A stretch of DNA of 63,455 nt, filler included, from Octopus bimaculoides (taxonomy: Eukaryota), in the NCBI RefSeq assembly GCF_001194135.2. It is 5 parts of 5 records of this genome, joined end to end, with 100 filler letters (N's around TTAATTAATTAA, not from the genome) between each part and the next. Parts side by side here need not be neighbours in the genome. Positions count along the whole stretch, not along the records: positions 1 to 13,732 come from NC_068982.1; positions 13,833 to 41,825 come from NC_068987.1; 3 more parts are not named here. One strand, 5' to 3'. Positions within the stretch are counted from its first letter, which is position 1. Each line of letters opens with the position of its first letter. The position numbers were made by a program, and so were the translations under genes. Positions 11,406 through 24,128 of this stretch are shown here, piece by piece. The notes under the pieces were generated by a model. The model did no database searches. It was not told where the DNA came from and saw nothing but the letters and a program-made list of their open reading frames with translations.

Positions 11406-12059
11406 AAGATACGATAATAGAAATAGGGGACAAAATGTATCTTTGATAATTAAAACTGATTTAATGGTGAAGAAATGAATGCTGTACATATTACAAGAGA
11501 TATCATTTATTTACCCTAACCCTGTAAATGATTAACAAGTATTGAGATAACAGATGTATGTGAATAACGCTTCTAAGTCCAGAGTTAGGTGCCAGCTTTA
11601 GGTGTTCTGGTAACTTATTGGAACATAGTGTTATGTTACTGTAAGCATTTTCTTATGAGGCTTATCAGGAACCTTTGCTCGAGACACTTACCTCTTGTTT
11701 GTTCTGTCTTCTTCTCTTGTAAAAATATATATCTTAAGATCATACACTTCGCTGCTTGTAACTAAACCTGTTCATATTTTTTCACAGCACATAATAGTTT
11801 TAAATGTTTTGTTTATTTGATCTTTGTTTTTACATTGGTTTACCCACTTATGACAAATTAAGCCTGCTTTGGAAGCTCATCAAGCGAGAAAGATTAAAAA
11901 GAAAGAGAGAAAAGAATCTAGTGGTGTGATAATACTTCAAATGGAGTTATTAATAGTTTGTATGGAGATGGCATTATTTTTCGTTATGAACTTCAATTCT
12001 TATTTAAAACTACATGATAATAAACTCTCTTAACCTTATTCAATGTTCTCCTGCTTAAT

Positions 12060-13493
12060 TTTTTTCTCCATAATATAAGCTTTTGAAGATCATAAATTTC
12101 TCGATAACATCGGAAAAGTTCAGTTGTCTGCCTTTCCACCGTGGAAAATCGCTCAAAATTTAGATCCATCGCCTCAAGTTCTAGCATAGCAGAATTAATA
12201 TTCGAGAAAACACTTTTTTGAATTTGATCGTCAATCCAGATTGCCAGCAACTTTTCCATCTCGTGAACGAGACCTTTCCGATGTCTTGTGATGTATGCTT
12301 TAAAGCCTGTCAAACTTCTGGCTGCCTCCTTCACTTTAACTTTATCCTTCAAAACAGTAGAGATGGTAGAATGTGCCAGGCCCGTATCGTCTGCGATAGC
12401 TCTCACCTTTTTCCNNNNNNNNNNNNNNNNNNNNNNNNNNNNNNNNNNNNNNNNNNNNNNNNNNNNNNNNNNNNNNNNNNNNNNNNNNNNNNNNNNNNNN
12501 NNNNNNNNNNNNNNNNNNNNNNNNNNNNNNNNNNNNNNNNNNNNNNNNNNNNNNNNNNNNNNNNNNNNNNNNNNNNNNNNNNNNNNNNNNNNNNNNNNNN
12601 NNNNNNNNNNNNNNNNNNNNNNNNNNNNNNNNNNNNNNNNNNNNNNNNNNNNNNNNNNNNNNNNNNNNNNNNNNNNNNNNNNNNNNNNNNNNNNNNNNNN
12701 NNNNNNNNNNNNNNNNNNNNNNNNNNNNNNNNNNNNNNNNNNNNNNNNNNNNNNNNNNNNNNNNNNNNNNNNNNATGTCTAAGGACTTTCGAGCGAAATT
12801 GTTGCCAGTGCCCCTAGACTGGCTGTTGTGCGAGTGGCACATAAAATACACCATTTTGAGCGTGGCCGTTGCCAGTACCGCCTGACTGGCCTTCGTGCCG
12901 GTGGCACGTTAAAGCACCCACTACACTCTGAGTGGTTGGCGTTAGGAAGGGCATCCAGCTGTAGAAACTCTGCCAAATCAGATTGGAGCCTGATTCAGCC
13001 ATCTGGTTTCACCAGTCCTCAGTCAATTTGTCCAACCCATGCTAGCATGGAAAGCGGACGTTTAAACGATGATGATGATAATGACGTAGTCTGTAATGAT
13101 TTTCATTTTCGTGTCAAGGTCAATAGCTCTCCATTGTTTCTTGGCACTTCCTGCTGCAGGTGAAGATGTATTCTTCCTCTTTGGAGGCATCTTGTAGTAT
13201 GGGGTGCAAGAGATAATGGAAAAAAGCGATGAATAGTAGTATAGCTACAGAGAGTGTCACTGTGTTGCCTGGCTGACCACAGGCGGGAGAGTGAGAGAGC
13301 GAGCGTGTCGGAGGGTGAGGCTGAGTGCTCGGGATGCACTGCCGACACGACGGCAGTTCTCGTACAGCGCACAATACGACAGTCAAAGTTTTTAAGTTTT
13401 TATATTTTGTAAAATATGTAATGACAGCTCGTAAAGTTCATCGTAACTCTGAGTGGTCGTTAAATAGGTAGGTTGTTAAATGAGGACAGTCTG
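12060..13493 (-). mobile_element. Tigger/pogo-like element, internally deleted and interrupted
   Basis: 5' end TA|CAGACTGTCCTCATTTAACAAC at 13493. The ORF from ATG 13190 reads MPPKRKNTSSPAAGSAKKQWRAIDLDTKMKIITDY and resumes at 12414 as GKKVRAIADDTGLAHSTISTVLKDK...EMEKLLAIWIDDQIQK (psq and CENP-B HTH). It then jumps to a C-terminal-like AMDLNFERFSTVERQ..CYREIYD. The 3' TIR was not found. Confidence 0.8.
12775..13085 (-). mobile_element. Family C repeat inserted in the Tigger ORF
   Basis: Same sequence as 3435-3950 and 8330-8750. Confidence 0.75.
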
Positions 13494-13832
13494 TATATAA
13501 CACCAATATTTGTTCTTTTTTTATGATCAGGCACAGTCATGGCTGTGTGGGTAAGAAGCTTACCTTCCAGCCACATGATCTTGGGTTCAGTCCCACTGTG
13601 CAACACATTCAGCAAACATCTTATACTATAACCCTGTTTTAACCAAATGCCTTGTGGGTAAAATTTGGTAGATGGAAAGTGTGTGAAAGCCTGTTACACC
13701 CCCACCCATATATATATATATATATATATATANNNNNNNNNNNNNNNNNNNNNNNNNNNNNNNNNNNNNNNNNNNNTTAATTAATTAANNNNNNNNNNNN
13801 NNNNNNNNNNNNNNNNNNNNNNNNNNNNNNNN

Positions 13833-14745
13833 AACTTTCATAACCTGATCTAACAGCTTGATGCCTCTGTAATTATTTGTATCTAAAGCGTCCCCTTTAC
13901 CTTTGTAGCAGTTGACTATGATGCTGCTACACCAGTCATAGGGTATGACTCCTTCGTGTATCACCTGGTTCGTAATACGGGTGACTAGGCTATAGCCAAC
14001 ACTGCCAGATATTTTGAGCATCTCTGCAGTGATTCCTGATGGGCCGGGGGCTTTCCCGGTCTTCATACTCTTAATTGCTTTATCTACCCTGGTACTATCA
14101 ACTCGGATAGCTGGTCCCTCTATTGGGTCGACATAAGGCAGGCTCTCTTTCTCCCATTCATTCTCTTACTTCTGAAATTGCCTAACCAGGAAAATAACAT
14201 CAATTGTATTTCTACTTGGCACTAATCCAAACTGCATCTCATCTACACTAACTCTTCCTGATTAATTGAACTATGACCCTTTCTGTGACTTTCATCATCT
14301 AGTCCAGCAATTTGATGCCTTTGTAATTATTTCTTTCTAAAGCATCACCTTTGCCTTTGTAACAGTTGACTATAATGCTGCTACACCAATCATTAGGTAT
14401 GACTCCTTCATGGACAACCTAGTTAACTATATGGATGACTAGACCATATCTCATATCCCACTCTACCAGATATTCTAAGCATCTCAGTGGTGATTCTTGA
14501 TGGGCCAGGGGCTTTCCTTGTCTTCATAACCTTAATTGCATTATCTACCAAGCTACTTCTGATCCAGGATAGCTGGCCCCTCAGTTGGGTCTACATTAGA
14601 CAGACTCTCCTTCTCCCATGAATTCTTTACCTTTAGTAGCCTTTCATAATGGCATATCCAAGCCACTTTCTTTGGAGAATCACTAAATGTAAGTGAGCCA
14701 TCATCCATGTGGACACATTTCTCTGTTACAACATCACAATTTTCT
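13833..14745 (-). mobile_element. Two overlapping RTE-clade LINE RT fragments in tandem
   Basis: MKTGKAPGPSGITAEMLK...IPYDWCSSIIVNCYKGKGDALDTNNYRGIKLLDQVMKV (13833-14170). A second, more decayed copy of the same region lies at 14190-14745. Confidence 0.85.
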
Positions 14746-14897
14746 CTCACAAACGGCCTTACAATCTGAAACCAATAGAATAAGTACTAGGCTTACAAAG
14801 AATAAGTCCTGGGGTCGATTTGCTCGACTAAAGGCGGTGCTCCACCATGGCCACAGTCAAATGACTGAAACAAGTAAAAGAATAAAAAAGTAAAAGA

Positions 14898-14976
<79 letters not shown>

Positions 14977-15479
14977 CACACACACACACAGATACAAGAT
15001 TGAATGTATACAAGTATATATATACATGTACACACATACATATACACATACATTCCTTCAAACATACATACATATATGCAATAATAAACAAGATTGAAAC
15101 CACACACACACACACAAGCATATAATCAAACATGTATATACACATACACACATACATCTACATATGTCTGCATATGCAGGAAAGCTGCCAAGGTCCGTAA
15201 TTGCATATGGTATTTTTAAATCAAGCTAAATCTTTATTTCAGGATGCATCTAATATGAATGCACACCTGTGAATGAGTGCATCTGTATGCATGTGTAGGT
15301 AAGTAAGCATGCAGAAGTATATGTAAGTCTGTATATGTATCTGTATGTATATGTGTATACTTGTATGTGTAAGCATGTGTGCAATGTGTTCACCTATACT
15401 TGTTTGTGAATGTACGTATACCTGTATTTATGTATCTGTATATGTAGTTGTGTGAGCACTTGTATATGGGTAAAGGAAA

Positions 15480-15655
15480 ATACAGGAGGATCAGTGAATT
15501 GTGATTTTCTTCAACATATTTCCCCCTCAGATTGACACACTTATTGCAATGGTAATTCAGTTTTTCTGAGCCCTGTAAAAGAATTCGGAAGCTTGGGCCT
15601 CCAACCAGGACTTTCTTGACACCCTTAAAGCCAGAAACTTTTCAGCACCCCCTCA
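15480..15655. mobile_element. Mariner-type MITE, partial
   Basis: Homologous to 25537-25758. Confidence 0.6.
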
Positions 15656-15669
15656 TATATGTGTATGCA

Positions 15670-15950
15670 TGTCTCTTCTATTTTTTAATTATTATAAATC
15701 TTCCACTGAGGAGGGGGCCACATTCCAACAAAGATACAAGACTCCATGTTTGGGATGTAGTTAACACAGACAAATTCACATTTGGAACTTGAGAAAAGTC
15801 TTGCATATTTTTACTGTTCCACTCACAGATTGCACTTGTAATGTACAAATTAGCTGGTCGATTTCTCTTCCTGAACATCCCAGTTTATCCAGATTCTCCT
15901 TTATGCATTTACTAACAAAGCCTAGTGCTCCAATTATTATTGGTATGAGT
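15670..15950 (-). mobile_element. RLE-class LINE C-terminal fragment and 3' UTR
   Basis: IPIIIGALGFVSKCIKENLDKLG..LQVQSVSGTVKICKTFLKF; same family as 28530-28890, 29660-29870 and 40870-41825. Confidence 0.75.
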
Positions 15951-15999
15951 GTGTGTATGTCAATATACATATATATACATACATATATGCAATAATAAA

Positions 16000-16505
16000 C
16001 AAGGCGCAAGAGTGGCTGTGTGGTAAGTAGCTTGCTTACCAACCACATGGTTCCGGGNNNNNNNNNNNNNNNNNNNNNNNNNNNNNNNNNNNNNNNNNNN
16101 NNNNNNNNNNNNNNNNNNNNNNNNNNNNNNNNNNNNNNNNNNNNNNNNNNNNNNNNNTCCCACTGCGTGGCACCTTGGGCAAGGTGTCTTCTACTATAGC
16201 CTCGGGCCGACCAAAGCCTTGTGAGTGGATTTGGTAGATGGAAACTGGAAGAAGCCCATCGTATAAATGTATATATATATATATATGTATGTGTGTTTGT
16301 GTGTCTGTGTTTGTCCCCCCAACATCACTTGACAACCAATGCTGGTGTGTTTACATCATCGTAACTTAGTGGTTCGGCAAAAAGGAACTGATAGAATAAG
16401 TACTAGGCTTACAAAGAATAAGTCCTGGGGTCGATTTGCTCGACTAAAGGCGGTGCTCCAGCATGGCCGCAGTCAAATGATTGAAACAAGTAAAAGAGTA
16501 AAAGA
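16000..16505 (+). mobile_element. SINE family A (gapped)
   Basis: ggcgcaagagtggctgtgtggtaag head through the gaaacaagtaaaagagtaaaagag tail. Confidence 0.85.
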
Positions 16506-17399
16506 GTATATATACATGGTGGAAGTGAACTCATGACTGAGTAAGGCTAATTTATAAAACTCAGTAAATATCTCCTAACGTTCTGAGAGTCAAAGAAGTT
16601 GCTGTGTGTGAATTTCTTTTGAGTAGATTAAATGTTACACAGCACTGAATCCACTTTTCAGTGCAACCAACTTACAAAACCAGTAGCACTGTAAAAGAAC
16701 TCAGAAGAGTGAACCTCCAACCATGCCTTTTGCAATATTCTTAAAGTCAACAACTTTTCTGCACCTCTTCATATGCAAAAGTGCACTTTTTAGTGTAGGC
16801 ACCTATACTTGTATATGCATGTATATATACCTGTGTGCATGTATGTAAATGTGCCTGTGTATATGTTTGTTCACACGGGTATGCATATATGCACTTTTTG
16901 TGTATATGTGAGTGCAGCTGTACTTATATAATGCATGAGTACCTGTCTGTGCATTCAGCTGCATATGTACATATTTGCATCTGTATGTACATATATGTGT
17001 AAATATGTATAAATGCTTGAATGCATGTATATGTGTATGCACATGTGCAGCTGTATGTGTCTGTGCACCCATAAGTGCATATATATATATGTTTTTGCTT
17101 CGCTGAATTTTTTTCTTTGAGAACTTTTCTGTGATCTTCTTCTAGCACATTAGCAGTCCACTTAGTGGTCTCTTTTATATATACATATATGTGTGCGCGT
17201 GTGTGTGTGTGTGTGTGTGTGTGCATGTGCAGTTGTTTGTCAGTATGGAGGTACATATAGATAGACAGACAGATAGATAGATAGAAGTATGTGTGTGTGT
17301 AGTAGTTGTTTGTATGGATGGATGTGTACATCTATATCAATGTTTGCATGCATATGTGTGTAATTGCCTGCATGTATGTGTATGTATGCAAGACTGTGG

Positions 17400-17735
17400 T
17401 GAGTTAGGAGAGAGTGAAGGAAAGTTAAGGTAGGAGACTGGAGTGATGGTGATGGTTAGTAAAAGAGGTAAGATGGGGTGGGGAGGGCTTGTGAAAGGCA
17501 GAGTATAGGGTGTGTTTGGTTGAAGGTGATGATGGTGTGGTCCTGGTAGAGGTGTTGGTGATGGTAGTGACAGATAGGATAGACTTGTAGATGTGGGGGA
17601 CAGGTAGTTGTGGTAGCAGTATCAGTGATGATTCTTAAGGCACTGGTGGTGGTTGTGGTGGCAGTAGAAGATGTAGCAAAGTGTAGTAGTGCTGCTGTAG
17701 TAGTGACAGTCATGGTGGTAGTGATGGGAATGGTA

Positions 17736-17811
<76 letters not shown>

Positions 17812-18300
17812 CCTTTGAACTAGGGTAGTGATGGTGGAGGCAGTGATAGAGTTTGTAATTGAGAGTAGCTGTAAGTGGTGAAGGCGGGAATGGTTTGGGT
17901 TAAGAGAGGGAATTTTGAAACGCCCTCCCTCCCCCACTGCAGTGATTCAGATGGTGGTGGTGGTGATGTTAGTAATACTAACAGTGGTGAAGGTAGGAGG
18001 TGGCTGCTGCTGCTGCTGGTAACAATGGTGCTGCTGCTGCTGATAATGATGATGCCTTGTCTGAGAATGGGAGGTGGGTGACGGCGGCAGTGGGAGCAGT
18101 ACCAGAGTGTTTGTTGGCAATGATTTCTTTCTTGTCGCTAATGTTGTTTATGCGGGTTTATTGATGTTGTTGAGATGAGAGGTGAGGGTATGCAGTTTGG
18201 ATATATGATGTTCTTATTTTTATTGTAGAGATGATGGTGGTGGTGGCGGTGGTAGTGTTTTATGGTTGGTTGATAAGCATGTGAGATACTAGTCTGTGTA
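17400..18300. repeat. GT/GA-rich cryptic simple-repeat tract including (GA)n
   Basis: Mixed ggt/gat/gta triplets plus a pure (GA)n at about 17737-17805. Confidence 0.7.
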
Positions 18301-18754
18301 CGTGCATGAGACCTGTGATGTGTGATGTACTATAGTAAGGTGTTGTGTAATGTATGTATGTGTGTGTGTGTGAGAGTGAGAGAGTGTGTGTATGTTTGTA
18401 TGTGTATATGGCAGGCTATGTGGGTAGGTGGACTATATGCAGTGCTCCTGAGCCTGTATAGAGTGTCAGTGACCGTATTTTGAAAGTTTGAAAACAACCT
18501 GCATATAGCAAGCAGCTGAGAACAGGACAAGCTAAACCAACACATGCTTGTTTCTGTTTGTATATGTATGTGTATAAGCATAGGACCTGGCTGTGTGGTA
18601 AGAAGTTTGCTTCCCAACCATATTGTTCTGAGTTCAGTCCTACAACAGGACACCTTGGGCAAGTGTTTTCTACTGTAGCCTCAGACCAACCAAAGCCTTT
18701 TGTGGCTTTGGAAGACAGAAACTGAAAGAAGGCCAATGTGTGTGTGTGTGTGTG

Positions 18755-18785
<31 letters not shown>

Positions 18786-19493
18786 NNNNNNNNNNGTATA
18801 GAGTGTCAGTGACCGTATTTTGAAAGTTTGAAAACAACCTGCATATAGCAAGCAGCTGAGAACAGGACAAGCTAAACCAACACATGCTTGTTTCTGTTTG
18901 TATATGTATGTGTATAANNNNNNNNNNNNNNNNNNNNNNNNNNNNNNNNNNNNNNNNNNNNNNNNNNNNNNNNNNNNNNNNNNNNNNNNNNNNNNNNNNN
19001 NNNNNNNNNNNNNNNNNATATATATATACATACATACATAGGAAGGATACATTTGTGCATGTTTGTGTTTACCCCCACTCCCTCTGCTTGACAACTGGTG
19101 TAGGTTTGTTTATGTCCCCATAACTTAGCAAATTGCCATACGAAACCAACTTTAAAATAAGTACTAGGTGTCAATGTGTCCAGCTTAAACTCCCAAAGAT
19201 GGTGCCCCAGCAAGGCCACGGTCCAATGATTAGATTAAGTAAAAAGATGAAAGATTATATGCACACACACACACACAATTTGTATGCTCATTAACATATA
19301 TATACATAGAGATACATACATATACATATATATACACACACACACAAGGTGGTGCTCCAGCATGGCTGCAGTCAAATGACTGAAACAAAAGAATAATATA
19401 TATATATAAACATATATATACACATATATATATACCATGATAGATCGCTGACCACTACACACATTTTTTTCTCTCCGTGTTTCTCTCTTTGTT

Positions 19494-19531
19494 TCTTTCT
19501 GTGGAAGAGCATAGGCTCGAAACATTAAAGA
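19494..19531 (+). ncRNA. Hammerhead-like module, family D (variant core)
   Basis: ucuuu CUGUGGA A GAGC-AUAG-GCUC GAA ACAU U aaaga, inside a roughly 200-bp repeat (about 19430-19622). Confidence 0.4.
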
Positions 19532-20069
19532 CTTTTTGAATTCCCAAGCGTTATACTAATATATCTATTTGTTTTCTACACCACCTGTCTTCGTCTGTTT
19601 TTTTTTTTGTGAATTCTCCCTATACATACATATATATTTATATATATATGTATATATATATATATATATATACACTAATTTATAATCATATAAATAATTA
19701 TATTAAAGGGTGGGTTGACCACACCAACATGCTAGAAATATATATATATCCTTATTTGTTTTGCAAGATTTTTGATGTGAAATCGTGTGTTGAAACAGAT
19801 GTTGTTGTACTTGGGGATGGTCATATTGCCAGTTTATCCAATAAAAACACAGGCACTGTATATTTGGTGTTAATTTTCTTCAGCTTTATAAAATAATGTA
19901 ATATAATGTAATATAAAGCTGAAGCAAATTAACACCAAATATACAGTGCGTGTGTTTTTATTGGATAAACTGGCAATATGACCGTCCCCAAGTACAACAT
20001 ATATATATACTTTCTACGTTAAATGAAGAAGAAATGATGAATGAAAATTCTGTAAATAATAATAAGAAG

Positions 20070-20470
20070 AATCCTTTCTTCTAAAAGCACTAGGCCTGAA
20101 ATTTAGTCGTACTTAATTTATCGACCCTGAAAGGATGAAAGGCAACTTGACCTCAGCAGAATTTGAACTCAGAACATAGCGACGGGCAAAATACCACTAA
20201 GCATTTCATTCAGCATTCTCGTGATTCTGCCAACTTGCTGCCTTAATAATAATAATCCTTTCTAGTGGAAGTACAATGCCTGAAATTTGGGGGGAAGGGA
20301 TTAAGCCGATTACATCGACCCAGTGTGTAACTGGTACTATTTAATCGATCCCGTAAGGATGAAAGGCAAAGTTGACCTCGGCGGAATTTGAACTCAGAAC
20401 ATAATGGCAGATGAAATACCGCTAAGCATTTCGCCTGGCATGCTAACGATTCTGCCAGCTCGCCGCCTTA
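20070..20470 (-). mobile_element. Two tandem SINE family B copies
   Basis: Both contain gatgaaaggcaa..tgacctc.gc.gaatttgaactcagaac. Confidence 0.8.
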
Positions 20471-21068
20471 ATAATAATAATTATTATTATTATTAAAATG
20501 ATAATAATTTCTTTACTGACCACAATAATAAGCTTACAGCTCATAAGCGATCACTGTTTATTGGTTAACGAAAATAGTCTAATATTGTGGGATATAAGCT
20601 CTCAACGAAAAAAATGTGGGAATCGAACCACATCACATATAATCGCGATAAGTGTGCTAACCGATTACAGCAACCTACCCACTTTAAACTTATAATTATT
20701 ATTATTTACAGAATATGCATGTGTGTGTGCACAGATATATACTTACATACGTACAATATATATCACATTACATATAGTGTCAGTTAGATGCAGTATCGGA
20801 CCAGACTTACATAAGAACGATAGAAAGAATTTTTATTTTTTGTTTTGTTTGTTTTTGTGCTGTTTTGTTTGTTTTTTTATTTTTGCTAAGTGTTGGTGAT
20901 GTGGGATAGAAGCCTTCAAACTACTCTCGCATTATTTGCAATCGATATCGATCAGTCAAGCAATCAATCAAATTACTCAGACATAAAGAGTATATATATA
21001 TTAACCACATACATTCTCATACACACATATAGATAGATTTAGATACATACATGCGAACATGTAGATGC

Positions 21069-21099
<31 letters not shown>

Positions 21100-21456
21100 T
21101 TAGGGGTTGTTAGGTGAAGCATTACACACAAATATACATATATATACACACACAACACATACATGTAGACGTATATACATACGTACGTGTATTTATATAC
21201 GTGTGCATATGAGAAATTTTTATAGGGCGGGAAATTAGCATTAACAGTAATGACAAGCAAAATTATTTGCCATATTTATTTACGGCTTTTCAATCAAAGT
21301 TCAAATCCTACTCATGTTCAACTTTGTTGCTTTGTCCTTCCAGGTTCTATAAAATAAAATACCAGCCAAGTACCATGTTGGAATTAATTGACATTTTGCC
21401 CCACCATCATACATAAGAGGCCTCGTGCTTGAGCGTACCGTACCTGTTTGATGTGT

Positions 21457-21505
<49 letters not shown>

Positions 21506-22455
21506 TTACATGGAAAGATAAGTGAAATATTTATATATGTGCGTATCTTATCTATCGATAGGTAAATAGATGAGTGAAATAAGTGGGTATATATACAGAT
21601 ATAAATAAATCTGATGATTGTACATAAAGATAAATAGATTTTCGTCATCATTTGATGTATATGTGTGTATATATGTATTTATTTATATACATTTCGAAAT
21701 GCATTGGTAAAATATAAAAAATACATATATGTATGACTGCGTGTACATATGTAAGTATACATACAGGTACATTTTTGTATGTACTTTATATGTAAGTGCG
21801 GATTGGTGTGTATATGTCGGCTTCACCTATAGATACATGTTTCACGATCTTTTACTATGTTCTTAATTAGCGCCTATAAATGTTTTAATCACACGTGTTA
21901 CGTACATCTAAACACACTCATACGCATGTACTTATACAAGCTTACGAATATAAACGACCTGAATATTCAAATGAGACAGGTGAAGAAATTGCGAAAATAT
22001 GGTCTGCTCGACACGACAGAAGGAAGAATAGCAGAAAATAAAAAAGAAAGGGGTACTGCGAGTGTTAACATACGTTTCGGTGATGCTACAAATCTAAATG
22101 AAATATATACAAACCGAAATACTAGTGGGATATTAAGTTCTGAAATAGTGAATAATACTGTTAATAATAATTAAATTATATATATATATAATATAAAAAG
22201 TTAGAAGGTGCTTCTTTTTCGGATTTATGTTCTATAAATTGCCACGAGGGACACGAATGTTAGACAAAATACAAAATGAAACTAAAAAATAGAGGCAATG
22301 TTTTCTAATACTGGTAGAAGATCAAAGATTTTGAGAAGGGGTACAGTTCAATGAAATCGATTTCCTTTATATTTAATTGGGGCAAAGGATGAAAAGCTAA
22401 ACAGACTTTGACGGGGATTGAACTGGGGTATAATTAAATATTACAAGGTGGCGAA

Positions 22456-22519
22456 GGTAAAGAATATACACACCCAGTGTTTAGGGTTAGGATTACGGGT
22501 GGTGTGCGTATTCTTTACC
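22456..22519. repeat. 64-bp inverted repeat with telomere-like spacer
   Basis: GGTAAAGAATATACACACC versus GGTGTGCGTATTCTTTACC (17/19 complementary); spacer contains tttagggttagg. Confidence 0.65.
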
Positions 22520-22974
22520 TCTGCCGTATCTGAACGTTCCGAATTCTGCCACTGCACAGCTTCGTAAAAATAATAATAATAAAATAATGTGGTAATTTTT
22601 TGTTTTGGGCCACAAAGGCGACGGATAAGGCGGGTAGTATGAGAAAACTAAAATTACAAAAACGGTAGGGGTTACGTAAAATCGATTGTAAAACAAATAA
22701 ATAAATATAAGATAAGCGAAGTAAATAATGATTAATTAATTATAATAATTACGGTCTCAGTTATTAAATCAATATCTTTTTTTTTTTAATGTTAGAAATC
22801 ATCATCATTGTTGTTATGAACTGTTATTAGTGTAGTTTAATTATATTTTTATAGCATACTCCTCAACGTGAACTCCTTTTGTATTGATACCCCGATGTCC
22901 ATCCACAGAAAAATGAAAAAAAATAAATAAAGACGGAAACAAAAATTATAAGGGTTTATGTATGTTTGACTTAC

Positions 22975-23838
22975 CTGGTTTTCTTCGGGTGCCATGAATA
23001 CATGGCAATGAAAATCACTGTTAAGTTGAGGTCGGGTAAGATAAGCGAAACATCGCGGTTCCTGGTGAGATTCTGCAAACCTCGACACACCTTGTAATTT
23101 GTGTTCGAACACAATAAATTCTTTGGTGTCTGTTTGTAGCGTATTGCTGTCACCTTGACATTCTTGAGACGACAGTGATGGTAGAGCAGCTGTCGACTGA
23201 ATTGCCGAAGACGTGGTGTTTGTATTAGGGCTAGTGGCTCTGACGTGTTTTGCATGTTCGGAAGAGTCTGCAGAAGAAGTACTCAGGACCTGTACACCCC
23301 TGAGACTTATCTCCCGCACTTCCAAACGAATTTCGCGAAAGCCATCGGTTTTCCTCTTCACTTCGGCCACTACCCATGGCATTACGAAATGTGGAGACGA
23401 ATATCGCTTGTCGATGGTAGCCGACCCTAGGTAAAGTACCTCAAAAACTGTTCGATGGTACTGGTTAGTGGCATGACTACTAGCCACACTATTATTGGTA
23501 GACATCTCTGAAGCTATTGTAGACGTTGGTGTTGATGTCGAGGCCTTGGCGCCAGTATGTGTGTGGTGAGTACTAGAAACATTGTTACTGTTACTATAAC
23601 TGCTGTTGTTATTGTCGTTGTTGTTATTATTATTAATATTGTTGTGATGGCGGTGATGTTGATGTTGGTGTTGGTTAGCAGCTGTATTGGGACTATTGGT
23701 TGCACCGCTTTGATCCGACGAAGCTTCAGGGCTCGTCATTAGAGGTGAAGACTCTTCTTCGTCATCTGCTTCTTCCAGAGAATATCTTTTCCCATCCTGC
23801 TGCCCAATGTAGCAGGTATTTTTACCCGCCAAACTCAT
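22975..23838 (-). CDS. TBC1D1/TBC1D4: Coding exon: N-terminus and first PTB domain of a TBC1D1/TBC1D4 (AS160)-family Rab GTPase-activating protein
   Basis: 288 codons from ATG 23838. VFEVLYLGS..VMPWVVAEVKRK and FIVFEHKLQGVSRF..FAYL...CHVFMA..NQ match my recollection of human TBC1D1 (MLPWVVAEVRR) and TBC1D4 (FIFEHKAQHISRF..FAYL..CHVFRA..SQ). Phase-0 donor CAG|GTAAGT at 22974. Confidence 0.9.
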
Positions 23839-23984
23839 TATAAACGAAGCAAAAGATTGGAAGAATCGACTCGGGTAGAAGTTTCCTTCGATTATTCTTT
23901 TCTGTCTTCACACATACGCTTACGCATATGCTTCTCTCTATCTCTCCCACTATATATATGTCTTTTCCTTTCGTTTATCTGTCC

Positions 23985-23992
23985 ATTTATCC

Positions 23993-24055
<63 letters not shown>

Positions 24056-24128
24056 CGTCTGCCTATCTTTCTATGTACGTCAGTCTGTCTACCTACGCCA
24101 GTCTATCTATCTATCTATCTATCTATTT
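23985..24128. repeat. (TCTA)n-type microsatellite just upstream of the TBC1D start codon
   Basis: Direct reading. Confidence 0.9.

Noticed and set aside
13777-13788. TTAATTAATTAA islands inside N runs (also 41870-41881, 49347-49358, 57364-57375)
   Set aside because: An identical 12-mer centred in gaps, giving stops in all six frames; almost certainly an assembly spacer.
17457-17937. Thr-rich minus-strand ORFs resembling mucin
   Set aside because: Cryptic simple repeat with no splice or domain support.
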